Notes: generated from the letters alone by a model not told the origin. 39,562 nt of DNA from Bigelowiella natans CCMP2755 (GCA_000320545.1 ADNK01002738.1:1-39562); one strand, 5' to 3'; shown: positions 24,872 to 36,180, numbered from the stretch's first letter. Program-made: numbers and translations.

Positions 24872-26811
24872 TCATGGAGGCCATGGAGGCTGCCTTCTTG
24901 CTCTTTCTGACGTTCCTACCACCCGTGTGCATGCCCCAGCCCTCAACATCTCGACCAATTCCTCATGATTTGCTATCAAGGATGAAAGCTCCAGGAATAG
25001 GTAAAAAGAATCACGATAGAATTTAGGCTTGGCGCTCATTCTAACAGCTTCTTTCTCGTGCAGACATTGCCTCTTCGGGGTATGTGAATCAGCGGGTGAG
25101 TGAGTTGACACAAGGGTCTTCGGCTCCAACTTGTAGTGCAAATAGCCCAGGCGAATGTTCCATTCTTGGTCCTGTCTCCATTGAAACAAAGCAATTTGGA
25201 AATATCCACCGTACAGGGTAATAATGACAACAAATAATAATAATAATAATAATAATAATAACGCAGCAAAACCTGGGCTACTAGTAGTCGAATCTCGAGC
25301 CGCAATAGTATTGATCCCCCTTGTGTTTATTCTATCACAGCGAGGCCGTATGGAACTACAGCCCGAATGGGAAGCCAGCCATGCTGCAAAGCATCGTGAA
25401 ACAGGGAAGCATAATATCCTCTCATTTTGAGGGTCAGCTTCCAATCTACTTTGAGATTACCGCAGGCAATCGATTCAAACACGAGTTCCATGGAATAATT
25501 GCTGTTGGTTTGGCCTTAAAAGACCAAAACGCAAATCAGCTGGTAGGATTGAGTAAATCCTCCTTTGCTGTGCATAGCGACGACGGGAAGGCCTATATTA
25601 GAGGCTTCTCTCGCCCTTGCCTGAGTCGGTGGAAGCCTGGCGATGTCATTGGGATGGGGGTAGACGCCAAATCGCGTGGTGTTTATGTCACCAGAAACGG
25701 AGTCCACATGGGAGTTGTCTTCAAGGTCTCGGAGGAAATAGCCTTGACCCATCTAGTCCCGACAGTCAGTATTGCCAGTGCACCGGAGATTGTGCACATA
25801 AACAATGGTCCAACGTTCTCGTTTCAGCCTTCGGAGAGAACACCGATGATGCTGAATGGCGGGTGGACTGGTGACAAATCTCGGTTTTCGCGGTCAGGAG
25901 TGGAAATGGCCAATCAGATCTTCGCGAGATTCGATGAGAACGAAGACGGGGCTTTAACCTATGCCGAAGTCAAGAACATCATCATGCACACTCGAGACCC
26001 AAGAAAGCCGATAAATCATGGGCGGAGCCCTCTTCCGTATCCAAGTTACATAAATTTCTGTCGGCTCACCGGGTCTGAGAAACCCGAGCAAGGCGTCGAT
26101 GCTAGTCAGCTGTGGACTCTGTATGAGGAGGGGTATGGAAACATCGTGAAAGACTGGACCATTCTCACAGAAGCTGGCGCGACCAGACCGGAGCTTCTCA
26201 AAGCTACTTCACATGCAGATGTTATCAATATGCAGAAAACAGGGATGACAAGGATCCTCCACGACGATGGCAACGAGAGTAACACTGCGTCAACAAATGG
26301 CGTTGATACGAGGAAGGGAATTGCTGCTGGTGCTACTCCCACTGCTTCTTCGGCTGCTACAACCCCAGTAGATGGGGGCTGGACGGAGTGGACAGAGTGC
26401 ACGCACAGTTGTGGATGGTCTGGCATGCAAAAGCGAAGCTGCACAGCTCCACCTCCATCAGGGGGCGGGAAGTATTGCCAAGGGCCTGCGAGCCGGCCTT
26501 GTAATCTTAGAAAATGTCTCGAGATCCCTGTTTGGACGGCTTGGTCTCGTTGCTCGAGTGAATGCGGATTGGGAAAGCAGTACAGATCATGCTATTCCGA
26601 TACCCTCGAGAACTGCGTCGGCGAATCGCAACGCCCTTGCAAAGGAAGGGCCTTGAGCACATGTTATCTCAACAACAGCAACAACTACTACAGCAATGGC
26701 AACGCAAATAGCGATTTGACGAACGATAGTAGAAAGAGGGATAGAACACAGAGAGTAGGGATTAGAATTAACCAAAAACGAAAAAATAAATTCCCTTTGA
26801 GGAAGCACTAA
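24872..26811 (+). CDS. Secreted protein: signal peptide + SPRY + EF-hand + 2x thrombospondin type-1
   Basis: Exons 24872-25000, 25064-25217 and 25341-26811 splice in phase. SPRY: YFEIT..IAVGL..FAVHSDDG..GDVIGMGVD..TRNG..PTVS. EF loop DENEDGALTYAE. TSP1: VDGGWTEWTECTHSCG..RSCTAPPPSGGGKYC and WTAWSRCSSECGLG. Confidence 0.85.
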
Positions 26812-27019
26812 TAGAGACCCCCTCTTATCTATGTATATGGAATTATCGCCGTTTGCATGTAAAGTCATTGTAGGACAAGACCTACACTAATTGATGAGCT
26901 ACAATGACAGCGTGACGGCTGTGCTAGGTTTTCGACTGATGTTTGTTAAAATATTTCTGTCTTATTAATAAATTGTAATTTGAAAAATATATGATTGCAT
27001 TTGGAGCATTATTTCTTCG

Positions 27020-27360
27020 TTTTAGCTAGGTACTGCGAATAATTAGTTGTGTCGTAGCCATATACCCATGCTAGCATGCATCGTATAATCGCGTGTCTAG
27101 GTGTTAATGCCGATGCGACCTACTCGCTTGAGCGTAAAATACAACGATGACGCGATGCATTCAACACACACATTTAGCATTGCACATGCCTTCATGTTAG
27201 TGTGTTGTCACGTTACGAAAGGCGAGCGATCGATGGCTGCTATCTAGCTAGCGCTCAAGTGTATGCGCTAGTATGCGGCTTACTATAGCTAGCTAGCTTA
27301 TGCATATTTCGCCTGCTGCTCTTATTTGTGTCTAGATTTGCTTCGATGTGACGTACAGCA
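27020..27360. other. TA-palindrome-rich island 4 (convergent gap SPRY/unknown gene)
   Basis: CATGCTAGCATGCAT, TATCTAGCTAGC, TATAGCTAGCTAGC, TCTAGA, ACGTAC. Confidence 0.5.
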
Positions 27361-27433
27361 TTTTCCAAATATTCCTTGATTGATTTAAATTTTATGATTT
27401 CACACACTGAACACATACAGTTTATGTTACATG

Positions 27434-28900
27434 TTACATGGTTGATGGTAGAAAAAGATGAAGGGGGTCTGGTGTCGCACTAAACCATATCTTGCCATAT
27501 TGAGCAAGTTGGAAGAAACGGCTCGCATAGATTGTACTCTCAGTTCCACTATCCAAATTTACCAACTTCAAAGAGGTGATTCTACGTTCGCATAAGCTAA
27601 TGTTTGGGTAGGAGACGCGAAGCTAAAGAGATCCGCTCATGTGCATAATCGCTACTAGTCAATTGACCGTGCGTTCCTTCCCACTTCCATCTACTTCGGT
27701 AGAATTTAAAGTCTAGTGATCCGCACCTCCATCCTCACCACTAATTCCGGATACCAAGCTGGGGAGATCCCCTCTTGGAGGATGTCTGTACAGATTCGTG
27801 GCGAATTAGAAGTTAGCCCCGACCATCGTAGTAAGAAAAATGAAAACCATGCTATTTTTGATCTGCGACATAGATTATTTCGTTATTTCCCCTTAAAAAC
27901 GCTGAAGGTAGCAGCTCGAAAGCAACTTCGCTTCCCTTTCAAAGGCAACTCAATGTCCGTCCTGGACTCGGTGGAGGGTCACCTGAAGAATGTAGCGGAG
28001 GGGTACGTCTCTTTATACGACCAACCTTTTGAAGGATCTTCTGTACTGCTGTATGTGTGGAGGTTTTGAGGGTTGCGCGAAAGTGAAGAAAGATTAGCAG
28101 CTAGTATGAATTTGGGGATTTGGGTGTGCTTCTGGGGACTTGCATGGGGAGCAAAGGCGAGAAGTCTAATCCGCTTTCCTTTAGGATATCAGGGTTAAAG
28201 GCTCTGTATCTCTCCGACCGAGACGGAATCACATTGGCAAAGAGTGAGTTAAATAAGCTGACAATCATCGTTTGGCACAAGTGAGTAGCTGATTGTTCCA
28301 TTCTTGTATGCCCCCCCCATCGGCAGCCACAACCGCGGACTCTAAATTAGACGTAAGCAAACTTTGCGCTGTTTTCTCATCAGCTTCGGAGCAGGTTGTT
28401 TAATGTTCGAGTATATAAATGAAATGTACATCATTCAAGCATGCACATAATTTATTTTCATTTTAATCACATTACTTGAACTACTCAGAAATTGGTAAAT
28501 ACGTACACATATACGTAATACCAACAATGGGATCCCTCATATTGTCAAAGATATCATACAAACCTTTATTACAATTTTGTCAGGCCAGCAAGCTAAGCCT
28601 CGGGCCAAATTCCACTATAGTTACCTTTTCCGGCGAGGGGTTCACAATAGTTCAGTCTATCCTAGCTCCTCTTGTAATCACTTTTGTAGGGACAGGGGAT
28701 TTAAACGTTGGTTTAGTACAAAAAAAATTGCCTGGATTACGAGATTCTCTGGAGGGTGTGAGGGAAAAAGTCGAGTCTGTAATTTCGTCTACATCTTAGC
28801 CGATGCGTAAAATAGAAGAAAGGACGGATTATTGGCAAAATTAATTCAGATTGGTATGGCTGATCCTTTGCCAAAAATAGTATTATTAACCTGGATGGAT
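27434..28900 (-). CDS. Probable multi-exon gene, unknown product (possible further exons 29790-30000)
   Basis: In-phase splicing gives IKNSMVFIFSYYD|DILQEGISPAWYPELVVRME|LRVSYPNISLCERRITSLKL|IWFSATPDPLHLFLPSTM-stop; other candidate exons DRLNYCEPLAGK|GLYDIFDNMRDPIV. No family recognised. Confidence 0.4.
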
Positions 28901-29036
28901 TCTAGCATTGTATATGTAGACACGATCGAAATGTCTTCATAGGTGCCCCACCTGTACATCTCACATACCTAGATACAGCCGCCTGCACCACTGTCTCGCT
29001 GTGTGCATGAATGATCATAATCGACACAGTAATTTG

Positions 29037-29075
<39 letters not shown>

Positions 29076-29720
29076 TATTATATGTCTATCATGATCGCCT
29101 GTCTAGCTAGCATAATTAGCTAGCTGTGTGATGGCAGCGGCGGACGAACTAATATCTGATAGATGCGAACATGTTTCTACATCTTGACATAGTTCACGAA
29201 CACACCGTGACATCGTTCAATTCGCATTTGCATATTTCTAGATCTGTGTATTTCTTTGTAAGTACGATGCGATGGATGCCTAGATGCGCTGTCTACGATG
29301 TACAAGCTTGTCTAGTTCAGATAGTGCGCCGAGCACAGTTTCACTATATAATCACGATGCACTTTCCACGAGCATGTCTAGATGCGCTATCTATCTAGCT
29401 CTACATGCAAATACATCTAAATTTCTAGTAAATATATGTACGCTTAGTACGTACATGTACGCAATATATAGCAAGAGACCAAGTACATACTTGCGGTCTC
29501 TTGCGTACACATGTACATGCAATAGGACAGGCATTTGTGAAGCTACACATATGATGATTCTTCGATGTAGCGCGGAAGAAAATCGAACACATCCTTCGCA
29601 CATGAGCAACATTTATGCTCGAAATGGTTGATGTATGTCTTAATGAATCTACTTTAAATAAGATGTCATCAATGTCGCGCACAACGACGAGCCAATAAGC
29701 CCGATCGATATGCATTTCAC
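28900..29720. other. TA-palindrome-rich island 5
   Basis: GTCTAGCTAGC, TAGCTAGC, TCTAGATCT, TAGTACGTACATGTACG, ACATGTACATG densely spaced. Confidence 0.5.
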
Positions 29721-30118
29721 ATGAGAGGAAACTATTCTAAATAGATGTTTGCGAAGTAACAAGAAATTGCTTTATAGGCCGTTCTCAATAAAGTACCTAA
29801 TCTCGTAAAGCTTCGCTCAAATAAGGTTCATCACCCAATTGAGAACTATCTCTACATCAACAACTTTTGAAAATCTGCTGCCATTTTTCCTTTTGATGTG
29901 TACTCATCGAGGGTGTACCACTATAAAAGCTTCCACATGTCGATATTTGCACCGCTGGAGGAAAATTCGGCAGTAATTTATGAAGCCGCTGTGCTAGTTT
30001 TAGAAGTCATTGAACTTCTTTGATAGATTCTGGAGTTTTTTAACTTCAATGTTATTTTTCATTTTCATTCTTAAAAGGAAAGAGCCCACCGATCGTGGAT
30101 GAATGTCAGCAATTGAGT

Positions 30119-30685
30119 TCAGAGGATGGTGCACCTTGCCCTCCTCTTCTTTTGTTGTGACGAGTCCCTTTTTTTCAGGACAATGCGTACAGCATCATCG
30201 AAAAGTTCCTTGAGGCCCTCCTGCGTGAGCGCAGAGCATTCATGATATGCTACAGCTCCAATTTTTCCTGCGACCTCCTTACCTTCACTTTTCGACACTA
30301 TCTTCTTTCCGGACTTATTCTTTTCCCGAAGATCGCACTTGTTCCCAACAAGTATGATGTTGGCATCTTCGGAGTGGTCTTTGATCTCCGGCGCCCATTT
30401 TTGCCAAACATTTTTTAGGGATACAGGAGAATCCACAGAGTAGACAATGATGAATATATCTGTCATTGGGTAAGCAAGAGGACGCAGGCGGTCGTAATCC
30501 TCCTGGCCAGCAGTATCCCACAGTCCAAGGTTAACAACACGGCCATCTACCATCATGTTTGCGGAATGATTGTCGAAGATGGTGGGGATGTGGTCCGTGG
30601 GGAAGGAATTGGTGGTGTAGCTAACGAGTAGGCATGTCTTTCCGACCGTACCATCGCCGACAGTCACACACTTGATGGATTCCAT
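30119..30685 (-). CDS. rac: Rho-family small GTPase, Rac-type, intronless CDS (188 aa)
   Basis: [51 protein letters not shown], polybasic KKRRAR + CAAX CTIL. Confidence 0.95.
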   Translation of the reverse strand: MESIKCVTVGDGTVGKTCLLVSYTTNSFPTDHIPTIFDNHSANMMVDGRVVNLGLWDTAGQEDYDRLRPLAYPMTDIFIIVYSVDSPVSLKNVWQKWAPEIKDHSEDANIILVGNKCDLREKNKSGKKIVSKSEGKEVAGKIGAVAYHECSALTQEGLKELFDDAVRIVLKKRDSSQQKKRRARCTIL

Positions 30686-32284
30686 GTTGAAGTACAATTG
30701 ATTTCTCTTTGAATTTTGAATATTAGACCTCTCCTCCAAAGCTTCTGGCAAAATAATAAGCGACAAACATATGTGGATTATAGCTCTTGCAATTTTTTAC
30801 GAAATATCAGCATACCAACACTAAGTTTTGAACCACCTGTCCTAGTTTAATTTCAGCAAAATATCCAAAAAAAATTGCCTGGAAAGCGTTTAGATTTGAA
30901 AGTGTTCGAAACAGAGAACGTTCTTGGAAAAGGATTTTACTAGAAAGATGAGGAAAATTCTACAGGTGCCTATTAATAAAAAAAGATACCGTTCAGAACA
31001 AACCATCTATTTACTTACTAGCTAAATTAAATACTTACGACATTTAATATTTGACCCAAAAACCAAATTCTCATCGGTATATCATTTCTGATTTTTTCTT
31101 CTGGTCGAATAAGTTGTACTGAAATGTGCTAAATAGTAAATTTCTGGGAAGTTTACGATGTGAAAAATTCCCGACGTTTTATTTTCTCCTCATCCCAAAA
31201 GGAAGCCTCAACGGTCTAGTTCATAGAACTCCGGCAATTGAATGATATTAAAGAAAATAGGCTTTAAATCATTTAGAAAATGAGAGTAATTCCATCATAA
31301 TAAAAAAATTAGGCAAAAGTTACTGGTGGAAAAAGGAAGATGTAACGAGGGAAACTGTATGGCTCCGTTAGTTTTTTGTCCGGATCCAGGCTTTTTTGCC
31401 CATAATCAACCAAAACTTTAAGTTTGGTTAATGAGATCTTTCTGTCCCTCACATGTAATTAATATGTTCACAAATGGTGGTCATTAAATACAGAAATTAG
31501 TATATTTCATATGTTTAGTCTAAATATGGGAGTTGCCGTTTCCGATATCTTCCTCGTATTTATATCCTATATTTTTTAACCCGAATTAATTTTGATTAAA
31601 GGAAAACTTTTTTATCTCGCTTAGCCGTTTTGCCCGCGCTATACAGCAACGAGTTTTCACATTATTTGACATAACAAAGGACAATTTAGACATATAATGC
31701 ATCATGCAGTTGCGAAAATCTGAAAATAGATCTCCTTGAAGTTTGTGAATTTATCGGCTACGCAACGAGATATCGGTGAAGATACGAATAATATAAGATC
31801 CTAGAAAAGCTTACTTTTGTGCAATTCTCAATAAAATGTAGGTCAGTTATTTTGATATTATGCTTACCAATGTAGCATTTGTCGTTTTTGGAGCTTTGTG
31901 GAGTAACAGTTATTTTCGGAAGGATTTAACAATGAGTTTTGTAAGAAGACACGATGCTCATTTTGTCGTAAACATAAATAGAGCACTATTTTGTATTTAG
32001 CTTGAACCGTTGGGTGGTTTCTTCGCTGCTGTGTCTCTGTATCTTAAAAGTACTAGCATTGAGGGCAGAAACCAAAACTACTAGTAACAAGGTCCGTAGC
32101 TCGCACTCACCACCTGTATCCATCCCTTATCCTGTCAATGATACCAATTGAATAAATCATTGCTATAGAAACATATAACTGTAGTATAAAGTATAACACT
32201 TGCAAGCAATCCCAGTTGTAGGGGGAAAACTATTCTCTTGAAAGCGTATACTTACCTGATTCTTTTTCTCAGGTCTAATCTACA

Positions 32285-33629
32285 ATGCGCGAAATCGTTC
32301 ACATTCAAGGAGGTCAGTGCGGTAACCAAATTGGGTTCCAAATTCTGGGAAGTTGTCTCCGATGAGCACGGAGTCGACCCTACTGGTTCCTACCAGGGAG
32401 AGTCTGATCTTCAGCTCGAACGTATCAACGTTTACTACAACGAGGCTACTGGTGGCCGCTACGTTCCTCGAGCTATCCTCATGGATCTTGAGCCTGGTAC
32501 CATGGACTCTGTCCGTGCAGGACCATTTGGGCAAATCTTCCGCCCTGATAACTTCGTTTTCGGACAATCCGGAGCTGGTAACAACTGGGCTAAAGGACAC
32601 TACACTGAGGGAGCTGAGCTTATCGACTCCGTCCTAGACGTTGTCCGTAAGGAGGCTGAGTCTTGCGACTGCCTTCAGGGTTTCCAGCTTACTCACTCTC
32701 TTGGAGGTGGTACTGGATCCGGTATGGGTACCCTTCTTGTATCCAAGATCCGTGAGGAATACCCCGACCGTATGATGTGCACATTCTCCGTCTTCCCATC
32801 TCCTAAGGTTTCTGATACCGTTGTCGAGCCTTACAATGCTGTCTTGTCCTTCCACCAGCTTGTAGAAAACTCCGATGAGTGCTTTGGACTTGACAACGAA
32901 GCTCTGTACGACATCTGCTTCCGTACCCTTAAGCTGACTACCCCTACATACGGAGACCTTAACCACCTTGTTTCCGCTGCTATGTCCGGAGTTACATGCT
33001 GCCTTCGTTTCCCTGGTCAGCTTAACGCCGATCTTCGTAAACTCGCTGTTAACTTAATCCCTTTCCCACGTCTGCACTTCTTCATCACCGGTTTCGCTCC
33101 CCTCACCTCCCGTGGATCCCAGCAATACCGTGCTCTTACTGTTCCGGAGCTTACCCAGCAAATGTTCGATGCTAAGAACATGATGTGCGCCTCTGATCCT
33201 CGTCATGGTCGATACCTCACCGCTGCTGCTATGTTCCGTGGACGTATGTCCACCAAGGAAGTCGATGAGCAAATGCTTAACGTTCAGAACAAGAACTCTT
33301 CGTACTTCGTTGAATGGATCCCTAACAACATCAAGTCCGCTGTTTGTGACATCCCTCCTAAGGGACTCAAGATGTCCACCACCTTCGTAGGAAACTCAAC
33401 CTGTATCCAGGAGATGTTCCAGCGTGTGTCTGCACAGTTCACCATGATGTTCCGTCGTAAAGCATTCCTCCACTGGTACACTGGTGAGGGTATGGACGAG
33501 ATGGAGTTCACCGAGGCTGAGTCCAACATGAACGACCTTGTCTCCGAATACCAACAGTACCAAGAGGCTAGCGCTAATGACGACGATGGAGAAGGAGGAG
33601 ATGAGGATGGAGAAGACGAGAAGGAATAG
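32285..33629 (+). CDS. TUBB: Beta-tubulin, intronless CDS, with one extra G at 32333-32335 (frameshift as assembled)
   Basis: ATG 32285 reads [17 protein letters not shown]; the remainder (SKFWEVV...GGGTGSG...EYQQYQ) is in another frame; removing one G restores the full protein. Probable 5'UTR intron 32092-32272. Confidence 0.95.
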
Positions 33630-34852
33630 ATTAGTACGGTTGTCAACTAAAATTCAATGTCCCGTCAATCGGTTTATACTCACCATTTTTTTTTTTTTGT
33701 AAAATAAACCTCCTTGTCCATAATTATCGTACCTGTTGTTACATGTTGAGCGCGATTCATTCAATTGTGAGCTCGCAACGAGACGTCTTTCGTAACTTGC
33801 CGCACATTTCGATCAGCGCAGCTAAGAATCTGCTACACTGCAACTCTGACATCTGTTCAAGCATCACGTGCGTGCTTTCTAGCTTTGTTCTTATAGCTTC
33901 GCAATTTGACAATGCTGAAGTGGTGTGCATGGTTGTTTTTGTTTTGTGTGATGATCTGCTAGCGCGCACAACTCGCCTTTTTTTGAGCTGCCGCAGCCAA
34001 ATGACGTCACCGGGTTCACGCACTTGACCGAGTTTTGAGCCACATGGCCAACATTGGACACGCACCAGCGCACGGTGATCTGTGATCGATCGGTGTGATG
34101 ATGCACGTGCGCGTGTGCACATTGTTGTTGGCAGATTCTGCACATGTTGCGGCATTGCACACACCTTTGCTAGCTTGCCCAATGCATGAACGCCACAACT
34201 GTGTCAAATGCGCAACGAATGACATGAACAATCAATTGAGGGTCATTGAGCACACGCCTGCGCGCCCACGCGCGCCCAGGTGCATGCTTTGTGTTGCGTG
34301 CGTGTGCTGAAACCTTGCATGTCCACAAAGCTAGTGTGCACACACCCTCATGAGCTTGCAAAACTTGTGGCACGCAAATGCAAATGCGCTAGCTTGTTCA
34401 AGAGTGGTAAGAATTTTCAAATTTTCGCCCGCTGGCGTCGCAGGCGTTGAAAAATGAGGTTTTCAAGCTGAAATTCGAAAAAAAAATCAAATTTGAACCT
34501 CAAACAGGCTCCAGTGTGCTTCCAATGTCCAATTGCAACGATTGAGCGCGCCAGGCCGCACGCGCAAAGCACAGTTTGTTCAAAACCCACTTGTCACCGG
34601 GATTGACACAGTTGTGGTGCAATGAGATCGACACAAAAAGTGATCTGTCCATGGTGTGGACGTGGCTGTCAGGAAGTTCCCGCTCACAGTGGATGCTTTG
34701 CGCGTGAAAGGTAGCAGCAGGCGTGCAATGTGACACTCGTGCGTCGTCGTCACTCGGCTGCTAGTTGCGTCGTGGACTCAGTGCTCAGTTCGTGCCAATT
34801 TGGAAGTTTGCACGCCCCCACTGGCTTGCTGGTCAGTCCTCACTGAAGCCAG

Positions 34853-35446
34853 TTCGAGGCACTGCATTTCGCACTTTGCAAGTGTCTTGTCACACTTTGG
34901 AGGTGCAGTTTTTCATCATTGTTCATCGTGCTTCATTGTTTTTCCCGGATCGGACCAGCGGAGGGTTGGAGGGTTGGAATGAAGACCGTGCAAACGAGCA
35001 GCACGCAGAGCAGGCAATGCGTGCACGGCTAGACGGCCTGAAACTTGCTCGAGCGTTGTTTCTCATCACGTTCGAAAGTTGTCAAGCGTCATTCCTTTGC
35101 GCCGATGCCGACTTCTGCCACAATGCCAATGCGACATCGACGAGGTGGCTTTTTGCATTTCAGGTCGACATTGTCGACGTTCGGTGCATGCCAGCGTGTA
35201 TTGTAGACACGTAATGTCACACACACAACATGTCTATCATGTGTGGTGTGGCGTTGCACGTTGCACGTTGCTGCACCCAGCTAGCCAGAGTGTTGCCGGG
35301 TTTCCACTGGTTGTGCCGCTAGCTGCGATCGAAGTGCAATTCTGTCAAACCCGGTGATGCAGTGAGTGAACAATGAACAATGATGATGAACTGCACTTCC
35401 AAAATGTGACAAGACATTTGCAGTGTGCGAAACGCAGTGCCTCGAA
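34853..35446. repeat. About 95-bp inverted repeat pair (34853-34948 and 35350-35446)
   Basis: TTCGAGGCACTGCATTTCGCACTTTGCAAGTGTCTTGTCACACTTTGGAGGTGCAG versus reverse complement TTCGAGGCACTGCGTTTCGCACACTGCAAATGTCTTGTCACATTTTGGAAGTGCAG. Confidence 0.85.
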
Positions 35447-36180
35447 TTTGAACTTGAATTTGAATGAAGCATTGATCAAATTTGCATGTGCTAGAACCTC
35501 ATGGGAGACAAGCATGCACATGCAACAGAGCCTCAACAACAGTCGTTGCAAGGACTTGTCAGCACCCTGTTGGTGATGAGTCACACAACTAGCCAATGAC
35601 CCACATCTAGGGAAGCTGAGATGATGAGTTGCAGCTAGGTGAAGTGAACGTTGTTCATTGATGCAGTCAAAACGTGACCAAGTTGCAGCTGAAACTAGCA
35701 ATCGGAGACAGACACAATGGAATCAGGAGGAAGAAGCTTGCGTCGGGGAGAAGTTGGATTGGCGAACAGCAGCAAAATTGTCAAGCAGGACAATGGTTCG
35801 ACGGAAAGCCCTGTCGATTTCTTTGTCAGTTTGAAGAACACCAGTCCTAGCCCCCAAAGCAAGGCAGAGCTTGCCATGTGAAGACATGGCTGAGAAGGCA
35901 CGCAAAGTGATGACATTGTCGTTGGAATCAGCTTGATGACGAGACACGAGGTGACGTACCCTGTTCCAAAAACGGTCTCTGACTAACTTCAGTGAGGTCC
36001 ATCTAGTGACGCCGTCAAACACCGGGTGCAACGATGGTGCAGGAAGGGACAAATCACGAATGAATCGAGTGTTTGTCGCATCATTGAAGAATCCCACCAT
36101 TTTCGAAAGTAATCGTAAGAATATCATGTCGCAATCGGAAAAATTCAAAGTAATCACGAGATTCAGGACAACCTGATCAT
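34990..36180 (-). mobile_element. Decayed, 5'-truncated hAT-superfamily transposase
   Basis: Minus-strand motifs in hAT order: VVLNLVI (cf. H.LNL.V), LLSKMVGFF, DGVTRWTS (cf. D..TRWNS), RF..LAATHHLSFPR (cf. A..LDPR), W..LVDVALAL..SASAQR..RASFRP (cf. dimerisation domain SA..ER.FS). Stops and frameshifts present. Confidence 0.65.

Larger units (their letters stand above)
33740..36180. other. Strongly TpA-depleted repeat island 6
   Basis: Manual count of about 19 TA in 33961-35940, about 13 of them inside CTAG; CpG abundant. Confidence 0.85.

Noticed and set aside
32238-33646. ORF-track N-terminal extension of tubulin and overlapping or antisense ORFs
   Set aside because: The extension is an artefact of the frameshift, and shadow ORFs arise from codon bias.
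33743-35701. Many His/Cys/Met-rich ORFs in the islands
   Set aside because: Loss of TA removes TAA/TAG stops and Tyr codons, creating spurious open frames.
33740-36180. Classical RIP or 5mC deamination as the cause of island composition
   Set aside because: TA is lost rather than gained and CpG is plentiful, which is the wrong direction for both.
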